Source of the DNA: a virus
Lineage: Duplodnaviria; Caudoviricetes
Length of the DNA: 64,000 bases
Strand: one strand, 5' to 3'
IMG/VR virus record: IMGVR_UViG_3300029305_005547
Span: 160,001 to 224,000 of that record
The first letter of the stretch is position 1. Every line of letters starts with the position of its first letter. Of the stretch, positions 1 through 8,427 are shown piece after piece. Made by a program: the position numbers and the translations under genes. The notes beneath the pieces were generated by a model. That model ran no database searches. It saw nothing but the letters and a program-made list of their open reading frames with translations, and was not told where the DNA came from.

Positions 1-1239
1 TTTACTTTCAAGAACTGGAACGATATTTCCAAACATAATCTTGTAAAGTTCCTTATCTTTTCTAAACTCCTCATGAACGTTCTTCAATGAGAACTTACGA
101 TCTTTTTCATTATTGAAATAGAAGCTATTTTTGTTTCCGCCGGTAAGTCCAAGTTCTTTTGCATATGCAATACTAGATCTTACAGGATCAATTCCTCTAA
201 CCTTATCATACACAAGGCTGACAAATCGACCTGCTTGGTTTCCTCTAGATTTTACAATCATTACACGAATACCAAAACCATCAAATCCATCATCTTCCAT
301 TTCATATTTCTCTGATCCTACAGCTACAAATTTAAGTAGAATAGATGCATTAAACTGAGGACTTTTTCCTCCAGGAAGAGCTTCATTTTGTGCAAGATAC
401 AAAATCTCTGATGGTTCATGTACAAATCCAAGCTGTGGTTTGTCTTTAATTTGATTGATAGTAATCAAGATAATATTAGCTCTTCTAAGATAAGGAAGAA
501 CTTCATTAAAGAATCTTCCGATTTCACCGGTAATTCTCATACGTTCTGTTTGACTACCTACTTCTTCCAAACGAGCCATATCTTTTTTATCATTTTCATT
601 GAAACCTGTGCTAAGTGTAGCAATGGAATCAATGATAATTACAGTAGGTTCAAAGATTTCAATCTCTTCACCAAACTCATTTAATTTACCTGTTTTATAT
701 TTATACAGGTCAGGATGATCAACTTTCTGCTTGTAAATACGCATCAATGTAGCTTTAATATCATTAATAGTATTAAGCTCTTGACGAAGTATATACTTAC
801 CTGCAGCAATATCACTCATAGAGAACTTTGTTAAGTTCTGAATACGAGAATAATTCATTGCCTGTTCAAGGTCAAAGTGAACAATAAAACCATTCTTAAA
901 AGGTCTTACAATATTAGCAGCTACCTGTGCAGCTGTAGTTGTTTTTGCAGTTGATGGTTTTCCAATAAACGTAACCATAGAACCGCCAGTAATACCGATA
1001 GAAGGATATGAATCTATAACCTGATCATCTTTATCGTATACATTAACACGGTATCCCAAATAATAATCAAGCTGAGGAATACCTGTTTTATAGGTAACAA
1101 CTGACGCATTACCGTCAAAATAATCTTCATCTTTTTTATCTGTGCTTTTTAAAGCTTCAACGATTCCAATAGTCTTACGACCTTCAATATTACTCAAAGC
1201 TTCTTCAACACTAATAAGTTCAGTTTTCTTTGTTGCCAT
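1..1239 (-). CDS. recA: RecA/UvsX-like recombinase (3' end runs off the left edge; absent from the ORF track)
   Basis: Manual translation from ATG 1239: MATKKTEL...YKTGIPQLDYYLG...GITGGSMVTFIGKPSTAKTT (Walker A), HFDLEQA, VIIIDSIA (Walker B), ITINQIKD, PGGKSPQFNASILL, IVKSR. These are RecA motifs, and an AGAAAGGA RBS lies upstream. Confidence 0.9.
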   Translation of the reverse strand, partial: MATKKTELISVEEALSNIEGRKTIGIVEALKSTDKKDEDYFDGNASVVTYKTGIPQLDYYLGYRVNVYDKDDQVIDSYPSIGITGGSMVTFIGKPSTAKTTTAAQVAANIVRPFKNGFIVHFDLEQAMNYSRIQNLTKFSMSDIAAGKYILRQELNTINDIKATLMRIYKQKVDHPDLYKYKTGKLNEFGEEIEIFEPTVIIIDSIATLSTGFNENDKKDMARLEEVGSQTERMRITGEIGRFFNEVLPYLRRANIILITINQIKDKPQLGFVHEPSEILYLAQNEALPGGKSPQFNASILLKFVAVGSEKYEMEDDGFDGFGIRVMIVKSRGNQAGRFVSLVYDKVRGIDPVRSSIAYAKELGLTGGNKNSFYFNNEKDRKFSLKNVHEEFRKDKELYKIMFGNIVPVLESK

Positions 1240-1324
1240 ATTTGTCATTTCCTTTCTCTTTAATCAGATTAAGGGAATGTAAAAAATATAATTAGAAGTC
1301 ACTTTTATTTATATAAACTATATG

Positions 1325-1609
1325 TTACATCTTACCTACTGCAATCCATAATACACCTGGTTCTAAATCACCATCATTTGTATTGTGTACATGAAGTTCA
1401 AATCCAGTTTTATAAATATTTCCTATACAAATATTAAGATTTCCATAATTATAATCTTCTGAATTTGACATAAATGTTGCAAATACTTTAGGTACAACTC
1501 TATATTCTGTATCAAATTCTATATCAAAAGTTGTACGAGTTTTTGATGCAACAACACTATTTATTATTCTACCTGTTTGAATATAATTTATTTCTGCGTT
1601 ACTATTTAG
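1325..1609 (-). pseudogene. Silent tail-fibre tip cassette 1 (94 codons, no start codon; H-type-lectin/gp53-like C-terminal domain)
   Basis: Open frame LNSNAEINYIQTGRII...FDIEFDTEYRVVPKVFATF...NIYKTGFELHV...VLWIAVGKM* begins immediately after an in-frame TAG inside the 81-bp element. The IQTG / F..P.V / TGF / WIAVG pattern is typical of phage fibre-tip domains. Confidence 0.75.
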
Positions 1610-1679
1610 CTAAATAAGAAATCTGTAAGTCTCGAGAAATATCGAGACTTACAGAAATTTTACTTAACTAAATTCCGTC
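1599..1679 (-). repeat. 81-bp fold-back element, copy 1 (putative recombination site)
   Basis: 77/81 identical to 11782-11862 in inverted orientation. Perfect 14-bp inner stem TCTGTAAGTCTCGA/TCGAGACTTACAGA and a perfect palindrome TATTTAGCTAAATA at 1603-1616. Confidence 0.9.
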
Positions 1680-1705
1680 CCATACTAACATATGTGTATA
1701 CGAAT

Positions 1706-2359
1706 TTATTTAGGGAATGCTTCATTCCAACATAAAGGACCCCAAATATAATCATTAGGTCTTCCATGAGCAGCATTCCATTTTCCGATAGCTTCTTTCA
1801 TACCGGATCCACAAGACATATCAATAGCCTTTGTGTAATATCCTACAGCTTTAAGCTTTCTTTGAACAAGTTTAACATGACGACCTTTGGAACCATACTT
1901 AATAGATACATTAAAGTGGTTCACAGCAGTTGCATTCACGTTATTTTCAGTGTAGATTCCTCTACTATTTGTACCTCTGGTGTCAACATGTACGAAACCA
2001 GATCCGTTATCATCCCAAGAATAAACACCAATACGTCCTTTGAACCCACTGATGGTTTCAATAAAACGACCTACTCTCATAGGATGAACGCCTTTAACTA
2101 CAATATCAGCTGCATATCCCTTCATATGCTGACTGTTGGGGGATGCACCATTTACTCTACTATTATGAACAGGGCAACGATATCCACAGTTCAAATTAAC
2201 AGCAACACCAAAGTGATTTCTTACTTCCTGTAAAACTCTGACGAGTTCGTCATCAATAGGAGTTTCTGTGCAGCAGTTTTTACCATTACAATCAAATTCG
2301 GTACTTTTGAAATTTTTGGAAAGTTGTGTTACCTTCCCTTTCTTATAAGTTTTAATCAT
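1706..2359 (-). CDS. Endolysin: peptidase M15A domain plus C-terminal peptidoglycan-binding domain
   Basis: Motifs EFDC, GYRCPVHN, SQHMKGYAADI and FVHVDTR, followed by IKYGSKGRHVKLVQRKL...GPLCW. Start placed at ATG 2359 behind GGAGTGGTG. Confidence 0.85.
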   Translation of the reverse strand: MIKTYKKGKVTQLSKNFKSTEFDCNGKNCCTETPIDDELVRVLQEVRNHFGVAVNLNCGYRCPVHNSRVNGASPNSQHMKGYAADIVVKGVHPMRVGRFIETISGFKGRIGVYSWDDNGSGFVHVDTRGTNSRGIYTENNVNATAVNHFNVSIKYGSKGRHVKLVQRKLKAVGYYTKAIDMSCGSGMKEAIGKWNAAHGRPNDYIWGPLCWNEAFPK

Positions 2360-2440
2360 AATACACCACTCCGTTTCTATTAAAACTTTTAACAACTTAC
2401 TATAGTGTTTAAAAGTCTCAATTTACGGAGTGGTGTATTA
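2359..2440 (-). promoter_or_regulatory. RBS-sequestering hairpin with a late promoter in its loop
   Basis: Perfect 16-bp inverted repeat at 2359-2374 / 2425-2440 covering the endolysin SD and the A of ATG. AACA-ctatag-TA lies at 2409-2398 within the loop. Confidence 0.75.
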
Positions 2441-2556
2441 ATTAATCAATAGTTTCTACATCATAAGAAATCCACATAATTTCCTTTCCATAAAAATACA
2501 AAAAAAAGAAGATAAAACCAAACGGCTTTATCTTCTCTTCGTTTCGAAATAAATGC

Positions 2557-3090
2557 TTACATCTGTCCGGTAGAACCGAAAGCACCACGAGAGACATCTG
2601 ATAATTTTTTGACTGTGACTATGTTCAGATCCGGCTGGTTCTCAACGATTCTAAACTGAGCGATTCTAGCACCATAAGGGATAATCGTATCTTCTACAGC
2701 ATACGCTCTAAATCCCCATTCATCATTATCTCCACAGAAGCTTTGATCGATAACACCTTCAGAGTTTTCCATCCAGATGTTAATCTTTCGACATGTACTG
2801 CTTCTGGGAAGCAGTCTTGCTTCATAACCATCAGGAAGTTTCATTGCAACTCCTAACGGAATATCAACACGCTGACCTGCTTTAAGAACTATCTCCTTAG
2901 CAGCTCTAAGGTCAATCCAATCGCCCTTTGCGTTCTTTTCGATAATAAAATCAGGATCGTCAACTGTATACTTTACAAACAGATCGAGAGGTTTTTTCTT
3001 CTTATTAACCGATAGATAAGAAGCGATACCAACAACTACTGTAGATACAGTTGCTGAAATAATTGCAGTTTTCAAAATATTTTTTGACAT
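2557..3090 (-). CDS. dut: Trimeric dUTPase with an N-terminal hydrophobic segment
   Basis: All five dUTPase motifs: GDWIDL, PRSS, GVIDQSFCG, RIAQ, RGAFGSTG. Confidence 0.92.
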   Translation of the reverse strand: MSKNILKTAIISATVSTVVVGIASYLSVNKKKKPLDLFVKYTVDDPDFIIEKNAKGDWIDLRAAKEIVLKAGQRVDIPLGVAMKLPDGYEARLLPRSSTCRKINIWMENSEGVIDQSFCGDNDEWGFRAYAVEDTIIPYGARIAQFRIVENQPDLNIVTVKKLSDVSRGAFGSTGQM

Positions 3091-3105
3091 GTCGATTAAC
3101 CCTCC

Positions 3106-3660
3106 TTAAACCTTACGTCTTTCAACAAGGTATTTAGGGCAGCTGCTCTTAACGGTAAGAACTTTGTGAGCCTTCTTTGTAGTTTCAAAATTACCTAAAG
3201 AAGGACCGCCGGGTTTTCTCATTTCTGCAACCTTAGATTTCTCTTTAACATCTTTGAGTGCAATTGTAGCGTCGAAGTCTTCTTTCTTAGGGAAACTAAA
3301 TTTGTTTCCTTCAAGATAAAGCCAAAGAACTTCTGCAAAGAAATCATACATCCAGTCGAGATTTCCTACTGCAAAATCTGCAGATTCCACGATACCGGAT
3401 TCAGTACGATCAATTCCTGCTCTTTCAACAACACCTCTGAGCCACTTACGGAATTCCTTACCACATGCTACATCTTTGTAGCCCTGGAATTCACCCTTCT
3501 TAATGATAGCAACCTGAGAACTAAACTCAGGATCTGCCGCTGCTGCATTTATTAAACGATCAAAATTAGAACGGTTAAACTGGTTAAGCTTCTTTTCACC
3601 GTCTGCATTGATCTTAGCAGCAATGGATGACAATACTTCATTAATTGATTCTTTTGCCAT
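3106..3660 (-). CDS. Hypothetical basic protein, possibly HU-like DNA-binding
   Basis: GGAGG RBS before ATG 3660 (the frame is open further upstream). The C-terminus weakly resembles the HU beta-arm. Confidence 0.55.
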   Translation of the reverse strand: MAKESINEVLSSIAAKINADGEKKLNQFNRSNFDRLINAAAADPEFSSQVAIIKKGEFQGYKDVACGKEFRKWLRGVVERAGIDRTESGIVESADFAVGNLDWMYDFFAEVLWLYLEGNKFSFPKKEDFDATIALKDVKEKSKVAEMRKPGGPSLGNFETTKKAHKVLTVKSSCPKYLVERRKV

Positions 3661-4019
3661 TTTTGTTTCCTCCATTTTATTATTTTTATTGAAACGGCAT
3701 ATTGATGCCATTGCAACCTTAGTAGGTTCATGATTACCAAAGATACTTTCGAAAATATCCTCTTTAAATATATCAGGTAGTTCGTTTTCAACTTCTCTAG
3801 TAATCTTATTTCTATAATCTGTTATTGAAATTATATTTTCCATAATGATTATTAATGCCAAATTTGTTTAGTGTCTTTTTTGGCTCTCCTTTTCTTTAGG
3901 AGTATTTCCAACATTTCTGAAATATTGAAATCTTCGTACTTGTCGGTTACTTTCTTTTTCTTCTTTTTCTTACCACTCATAAGTAACACTCCTTTCTTAC
4001 ACGATTGTGAACTATAACT

Positions 4020-4484
4020 TTATTTTTTACGTGATAATTCTAAGTATTTATTAATATTGGAAGTAATATACTCATTAAATCTAGTCATATCATCTTCTGC
4101 TATATTCAAAACCTTACATGCATATGTAATGTTTTTGAGTTTAGGTATCAGGCGTTTATCTATTTTTAGAAACAATGTAGATTTACCAAATTTATGGGAT
4201 TGAGTAACTATCTTTTTATTCACTAAAATAAAATCATCAATCCAGTTTTTTACTTGAAGTTTATCATTTACCATAAATGATAAAAACTTATTAAATTCTC
4301 GTCTTTTAATATAGATAAACTCGTTATTTTCTGAATTTATAAATCCATTTGGTTTTTCATCTTCAAATACATATTGATGATATGATTGTGTGATATATGC
4401 AATATCATCAATGTAAACTGATAATAAGAATAAAATTCCTTTGTTTGTTTTAAGTTTATTAACAATTTCTTTATCGTGAGTCAT
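4020..4484 (-). CDS. Hypothetical early protein
   Basis: AAAGGAG RBS; TATATTAT promoter at about 4511-4530. Confidence 0.7.
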   Translation of the reverse strand: MTHDKEIVNKLKTNKGILFLLSVYIDDIAYITQSYHQYVFEDEKPNGFINSENNEFIYIKRREFNKFLSFMVNDKLQVKNWIDDFILVNKKIVTQSHKFGKSTLFLKIDKRLIPKLKNITYACKVLNIAEDDMTRFNEYITSNINKYLELSRKK

Positions 4485-4563
4485 ATAAATTATCTCCTTT
4501 GTATAATACCTAAAATATAATATATCTTTATTTTTAGCATTTTAAGCATGAAAAAATCATGGA

Positions 4564-4575
4564 AACAATTGTTTA
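4564..4575 (+). promoter_or_regulatory. Late promoter AACA-N6-TA (representative of 13 copies found)
   Basis: Exact matches start at 4564, 10045, 13008, 19896, 37960, 41485, 42181, 48704, 49102, 54253 and 60184 (+) and at 2409 and 48660 (-), each just upstream of a gene start. Confidence 0.8.
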
Positions 4576-4602
4576 ATACGTTAAAGAAATGAGGTCTAGA
4601 AT

Positions 4603-5826
4603 ATGAATTTAGAAGCTCAAAAAATGAGATTTGAACGTATTGATGAATGCTTCGCTGAACTTAAGAAAAATAGACGTAAACCGAACGTCATTCATTCTAT
4701 AGAAAGAAATTTATCTGAAGTATTTAATCAGACGTTTTCTATTACAATACTTGAAACTAAAAGAACTGACGCTTGCTTTGTAATGTCAGTATTTCCCGAA
4801 ATGGCTACTATTGATAAAATTATTGAATCTATCATAAATGAAAGCTCTAGTAGTGTAGTACATGAGTTATGGGCTAAAAATAACTCCTGGATCATAGAAA
4901 TTGACAGACGTATATTAGATGATACGATTGCTCCGTTATCTTCAAGAGAATGTACTGCTTTACTTCTTCATGAAGTAGCTCATACAATTCATAGTAATTC
5001 TGTACCTTCACGAATCAGTAGAGTACTTAAGTATGAATTTGCAAATATGAATACAGGAATTAAGACTGTTTTAAAAACAGATAGATTTAAGAAAATTCTT
5101 TCTTTACCTATAGTAGATTCTTGTAGTCTGAAATTTGCTAAATCAGATCTCAAAGAGGAAATTGCAGCTGATAACTATGCTAAAAATTTAGGATATGGAA
5201 TGGAATTATCTTCAGCACTTGATAAATTCATTAATCCTAGTGATCCTGACAAAGCTATGAAAACAGTTACCAATTTCTCAGTTGAAGTTATTGATAACTT
5301 TAGAGAAAGAAAAGCAAAACTCAATCAGCGTAATTTTGATAAATTAATATCAGTTACACCTAGTGCATTTATCGGTGGCGTTTTAAAAGATATCCGTCAT
5401 ACTTATACTGAAGGATCTGAAGATACATCTATGAATGATGAAGTTTACATGAATTATATTTGTGAATCTGTAAACGATATTATCGATAATTACTATACTG
5501 AATTTTTCTTTAGTAAAAAGAAACTCAAAAGACTTGATGAGTATGACATCGATTACATTACCGTGGAGATTGATAAGATTAGAACCAATGATGATAAGTT
5601 ATTGATCTTATCATATACAAGAAGTAAAATTGATACAGTTCAGTACTATATCGATATTCTAAAGAGTGATAAATACTCTAAAAAATACGAAGTTCCTCAT
5701 TCTATGGAATATCTTGTAGCATACAAGAATAAACTTGAGCAGTGTATAACAAGAGCAATTAATAAAAAAATTGAAGATAAATACATTGGGTTTAAAGTTA
5801 ATTATCCAGTTGGATACGAAGGATAA
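4603..5826 (+). CDS. Late, probably virion, protein with a zincin HExxH motif
   Basis: LLLHEVAHTIH plus downstream EIAADNYAKNLGYG; AACA-N6-TA promoter at 4564-4575. Confidence 0.7.
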   Translation: MNLEAQKMRFERIDECFAELKKNRRKPNVIHSIERNLSEVFNQTFSITILETKRTDACFVMSVFPEMATIDKIIESIINESSSSVVHELWAKNNSWIIEIDRRILDDTIAPLSSRECTALLLHEVAHTIHSNSVPSRISRVLKYEFANMNTGIKTVLKTDRFKKILSLPIVDSCSLKFAKSDLKEEIAADNYAKNLGYGMELSSALDKFINPSDPDKAMKTVTNFSVEVIDNFRERKAKLNQRNFDKLISVTPSAFIGGVLKDIRHTYTEGSEDTSMNDEVYMNYICESVNDIIDNYYTEFFFSKKKLKRLDEYDIDYITVEIDKIRTNDDKLLILSYTRSKIDTVQYYIDILKSDKYSKKYEVPHSMEYLVAYKNKLEQCITRAINKKIEDKYIGFKVNYPVGYEG

Positions 5827-5842
5827 AAAAGAAGGAAGTAGG

Positions 5843-6109
5843 TTATTCTACTTCCTTCTGTTTCTTTTCATTTTTAAGTTCTTCAAGACGTTTTTCAGCA
5901 TCTCTTATATCAGCCTCCAATGTTCCAATGGATTTCTCCATCATTCTTCTTGCTGATACAATTTCATGCTTTCCCATTACTATGGCAAGACCTGTTCTAT
6001 TAGATAAATCAATGAATTCTTTCTTGTACTGAACCAATTTTTGTTTCATTCCATTAAGCTCCTGTTCAAGAAGCATAATTTCCGTTTCCATTATTATAAG
6101 TTCACTCAT
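5843..6109 (-). CDS. Small coiled-coil hypothetical protein
   Basis: GGGAGG RBS before ATG 6109 (MSELIIMETE...). Confidence 0.65.
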   Translation of the reverse strand: MSELIIMETEIMLLEQELNGMKQKLVQYKKEFIDLSNRTGLAIVMGKHEIVSARRMMEKSIGTLEADIRDAEKRLEELKNEKKQKEVE

Positions 6110-6124
6110 AGTGTAACCTCCCAT

Positions 6125-6503
6125 ATAAAAAATTTCGAGATTATCCGACGGAAGGTGTAGCCCTGTTATGGCTATCTTTATAAACCTCCCATCGGATTCT
6201 CCTTTTGTTTTCCCTTTGTTACCAAAGGGGTTTGGCTTGATTCTCCCTTCCACTATTACCATGGTTAGGGCGCGTGCCAGTTCGAATACTTTCGTACTCT
6301 ACTTTACTCAGTTCTCATTGAAAGTCTTTCTCTTCCAACTACCTTTTCAACAGCCTAGGGGTGACTTTTAACAAACTCTATGGTTTGCCTATCTTTCGAT
6401 ATTTCGGTTACACCCTCCACCCATTCCCGTAGGGAGTAGGGTGGATATTGACACGCTTATACATTCAGATGAACAAGAGAATCATTTATGTAGAACTGAG
6501 ACC
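6125..6503 (-). ncRNA. Putative large structured RNA of unknown class
   Basis: GC-enriched intergenic stretch with GNRA-capped hairpins on the minus strand. Long-range pairings 6492-6500/6307-6315 and 6449-6456/6272-6279, and a terminal stem 6184-6196/6144-6156. Confidence 0.65.
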
Positions 6504-6941
6504 TTAGTCTTCAGTTGCTACCTCTTCATCTGCATCAGCTTCTTCTTCAAAAGCTTCTGCAACTTCTTCAGCGATCTCTTCGATCTTCTGAGATACTTCA
6601 GCTTCCATATGCTTCTTAGCAGCTTTTTCAGCTTTCTTAATTTCGTGCTGAGCCTTAATATCTTCAGCCTTATCAGATACTGCATTACTGATCTTACTAA
6701 TACCTTTCTTAACACCAAGGTATGCAGTTCCTACTGCTACACCGGTACCATGAGCAATAAGTCCAACAGTATCAAGTACCAATGTACTTGCCACGTTGAC
6801 ACCCACGTCATAACCGAAGTTCTTACAGGTCTTCTTGAACTTTCTTCTCTCGAAGTAATTCATTCCAGCTGCCTTAGTCATCTTATCGAAACCTGCGTTT
6901 GCTTTCTTGCTGATAGTTGCGATTGTATTAGTTTTCTTCAT
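6504..6941 (-). CDS. Early protein with basic N-terminus, hydrophobic middle and acidic tail; paralog of 40761-41054
   Basis: GGAGG RBS; shared motif KA.GM...RR.KKT.K...YDV.VNVA.T..LD. Confidence 0.75.
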   Translation of the reverse strand: MKKTNTIATISKKANAGFDKMTKAAGMNYFERRKFKKTCKNFGYDVGVNVASTLVLDTVGLIAHGTGVAVGTAYLGVKKGISKISNAVSDKAEDIKAQHEIKKAEKAAKKHMEAEVSQKIEEIAEEVAEAFEEEADADEEVATED

Positions 6942-7028
6942 ATAAACCTCCGGCTCTTGGCTTTCGCCTCCACCATAAAATTAATTTAATTGCCTCACTT
7001 TATTGTGAGCGCTATTTAGTTGTGTCTG

Positions 7029-7075
7029 CCTATAGATCACTATGAATATGTGCTATAGCGCTATGAAGTTTTTAT
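7029..7075 (-). promoter_or_regulatory. Conserved 47-bp leader hairpin, copy 1
   Basis: 42/47 identical to 43641-43687; lies between an early promoter and the gene start. Confidence 0.7.
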
Positions 7076-7153
7076 AAGGATAGACGATTTTTATTATCAT
7101 CATTTCCTTTATTTCACATAAATATTATATGTTTATAAATTCCGACTTTACGG

Positions 7154-7495
7154 TTAACCTCTTCTACATGGTTTAATACCAAGTAATTCATCCATTCTCT
7201 CAGAGAATATTTCATTGAAATCTTCTAATATCTCATTTTCATCTTCCGATATAGAACGAATCACAGAACCGTTTAGTCCGTAATTTATCATCTCTTTGTC
7301 TTTCCAACCGAGTTCAATAGTTTCATCCCGGTCGATAATATCTTGACAATGCATATAAAACTTACTATTTGTCGGATTTAATTTATCACATAAATTTACA
7401 TATGCATGAGATAATGAAACTTTTAGCTTGTAGCTTCTTTTCCTTCGTTCATCTATTGAAGGAGCTTTGGATTTTTCTTTATTTAGTTTTTCCAT
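7154..7495 (-). CDS. Hypothetical early protein
   Basis: GGGAGG RBS; TATATTAT promoter at about 7521-7545. Confidence 0.7.
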   Translation of the reverse strand: MEKLNKEKSKAPSIDERRKRSYKLKVSLSHAYVNLCDKLNPTNSKFYMHCQDIIDRDETIELGWKDKEMINYGLNGSVIRSISEDENEILEDFNEIFSERMDELLGIKPCRRG

Positions 7496-7601
7496 GAGCG
7501 TTACCTCCCTATATTAATTTGTCACTATAATAATATATCTATGAAAAGTTTAATTTTTCGTTGAAAGGACTTTATTTTAATGAAAGGAGGTAATCCATTA
7601 C

Positions 7602-8427
7602 ATGGGACGATTGAAAAAATATAATGGACGCCTTTATGATATAGGAACATCTAATGTGTCTTTTCTTCAGTTAGCTACTGACTTAAAGCAATTAGGTGTT
7701 AAGAACTACTATTTCATGCTTGAAGTATATGATCCTGTAGTTTTAACTATAGATCCTTATAAATGCGATGAAAATGGTGTTTGTACATTAACAAAAGATG
7801 AGATTGTACGAGTAGTTACTGAATGTAGAAGAAATCCATGGTATTATCTAAGAGAAGTATGTAGAATACCTGATCCTGGTAATCCTAAGGGAATTCCTTA
7901 TAAAGCAAATCGAGGAAATATAGCACAAGCATTTTTATTCTTACACGGAATAGATTCATGGCTTTGTTTACCTCGTCAGCAAGGTAAAACGCAATCTGCA
8001 CTTGCTATTCAGGCTTGGGGGTATTCATTTGGTACTACAAATACATCATTTATTTTTGTTAATAAACAACAACCCGACGCAAAGGAAAACTTAGCACGTA
8101 TTAAGACACAGATAGATTTATTACCTGAGTATTTGCGATTTGAATCATTCTTTGATGATGAAAATGGTAAAACTGTGAAAGCTATTAAAAACGCTACAGA
8201 AATGAGGCATCCTGTAACTAAGAACAGAATTTCTGTTCGTGCAGGTGCTGCTTCTAAAGCGAAAGCTATTTCACTTGCTCGAGGTTTATCTGCTGCTATT
8301 ATTCATTATGATGAGCCAGAGTTTACTGACTTTATAAAAGAAATTGTGGAAAACTCTGTATCAACTTATGAAACAGCTGCACGTGCTGCAGAAATGAATG
8401 GATCATTATACGGAAGAATCTTTACGT
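7602..8427 (+). CDS. terL: Terminase large subunit, exon 1
   Basis: NPWYYLRE, Walker A LPRQQGKT, ARG, Walker B IIHYDE. Ends GRIFT plus a T at the group I 5' splice site. Confidence 0.9.

Noticed and set aside
131-684. Plus-strand ORFs 131-358 and 418-684 and the many similar antisense ORFs across the window
   Set aside because: They are shadows of well-supported genes on the opposite strand, such as recA and the head genes.
6110-6262. N-terminal extension of ORF 5843-6262 and ORF 6168-6371
   Set aside because: A strong RBS sits at ATG 6109, and the extension runs through the predicted structured RNA.
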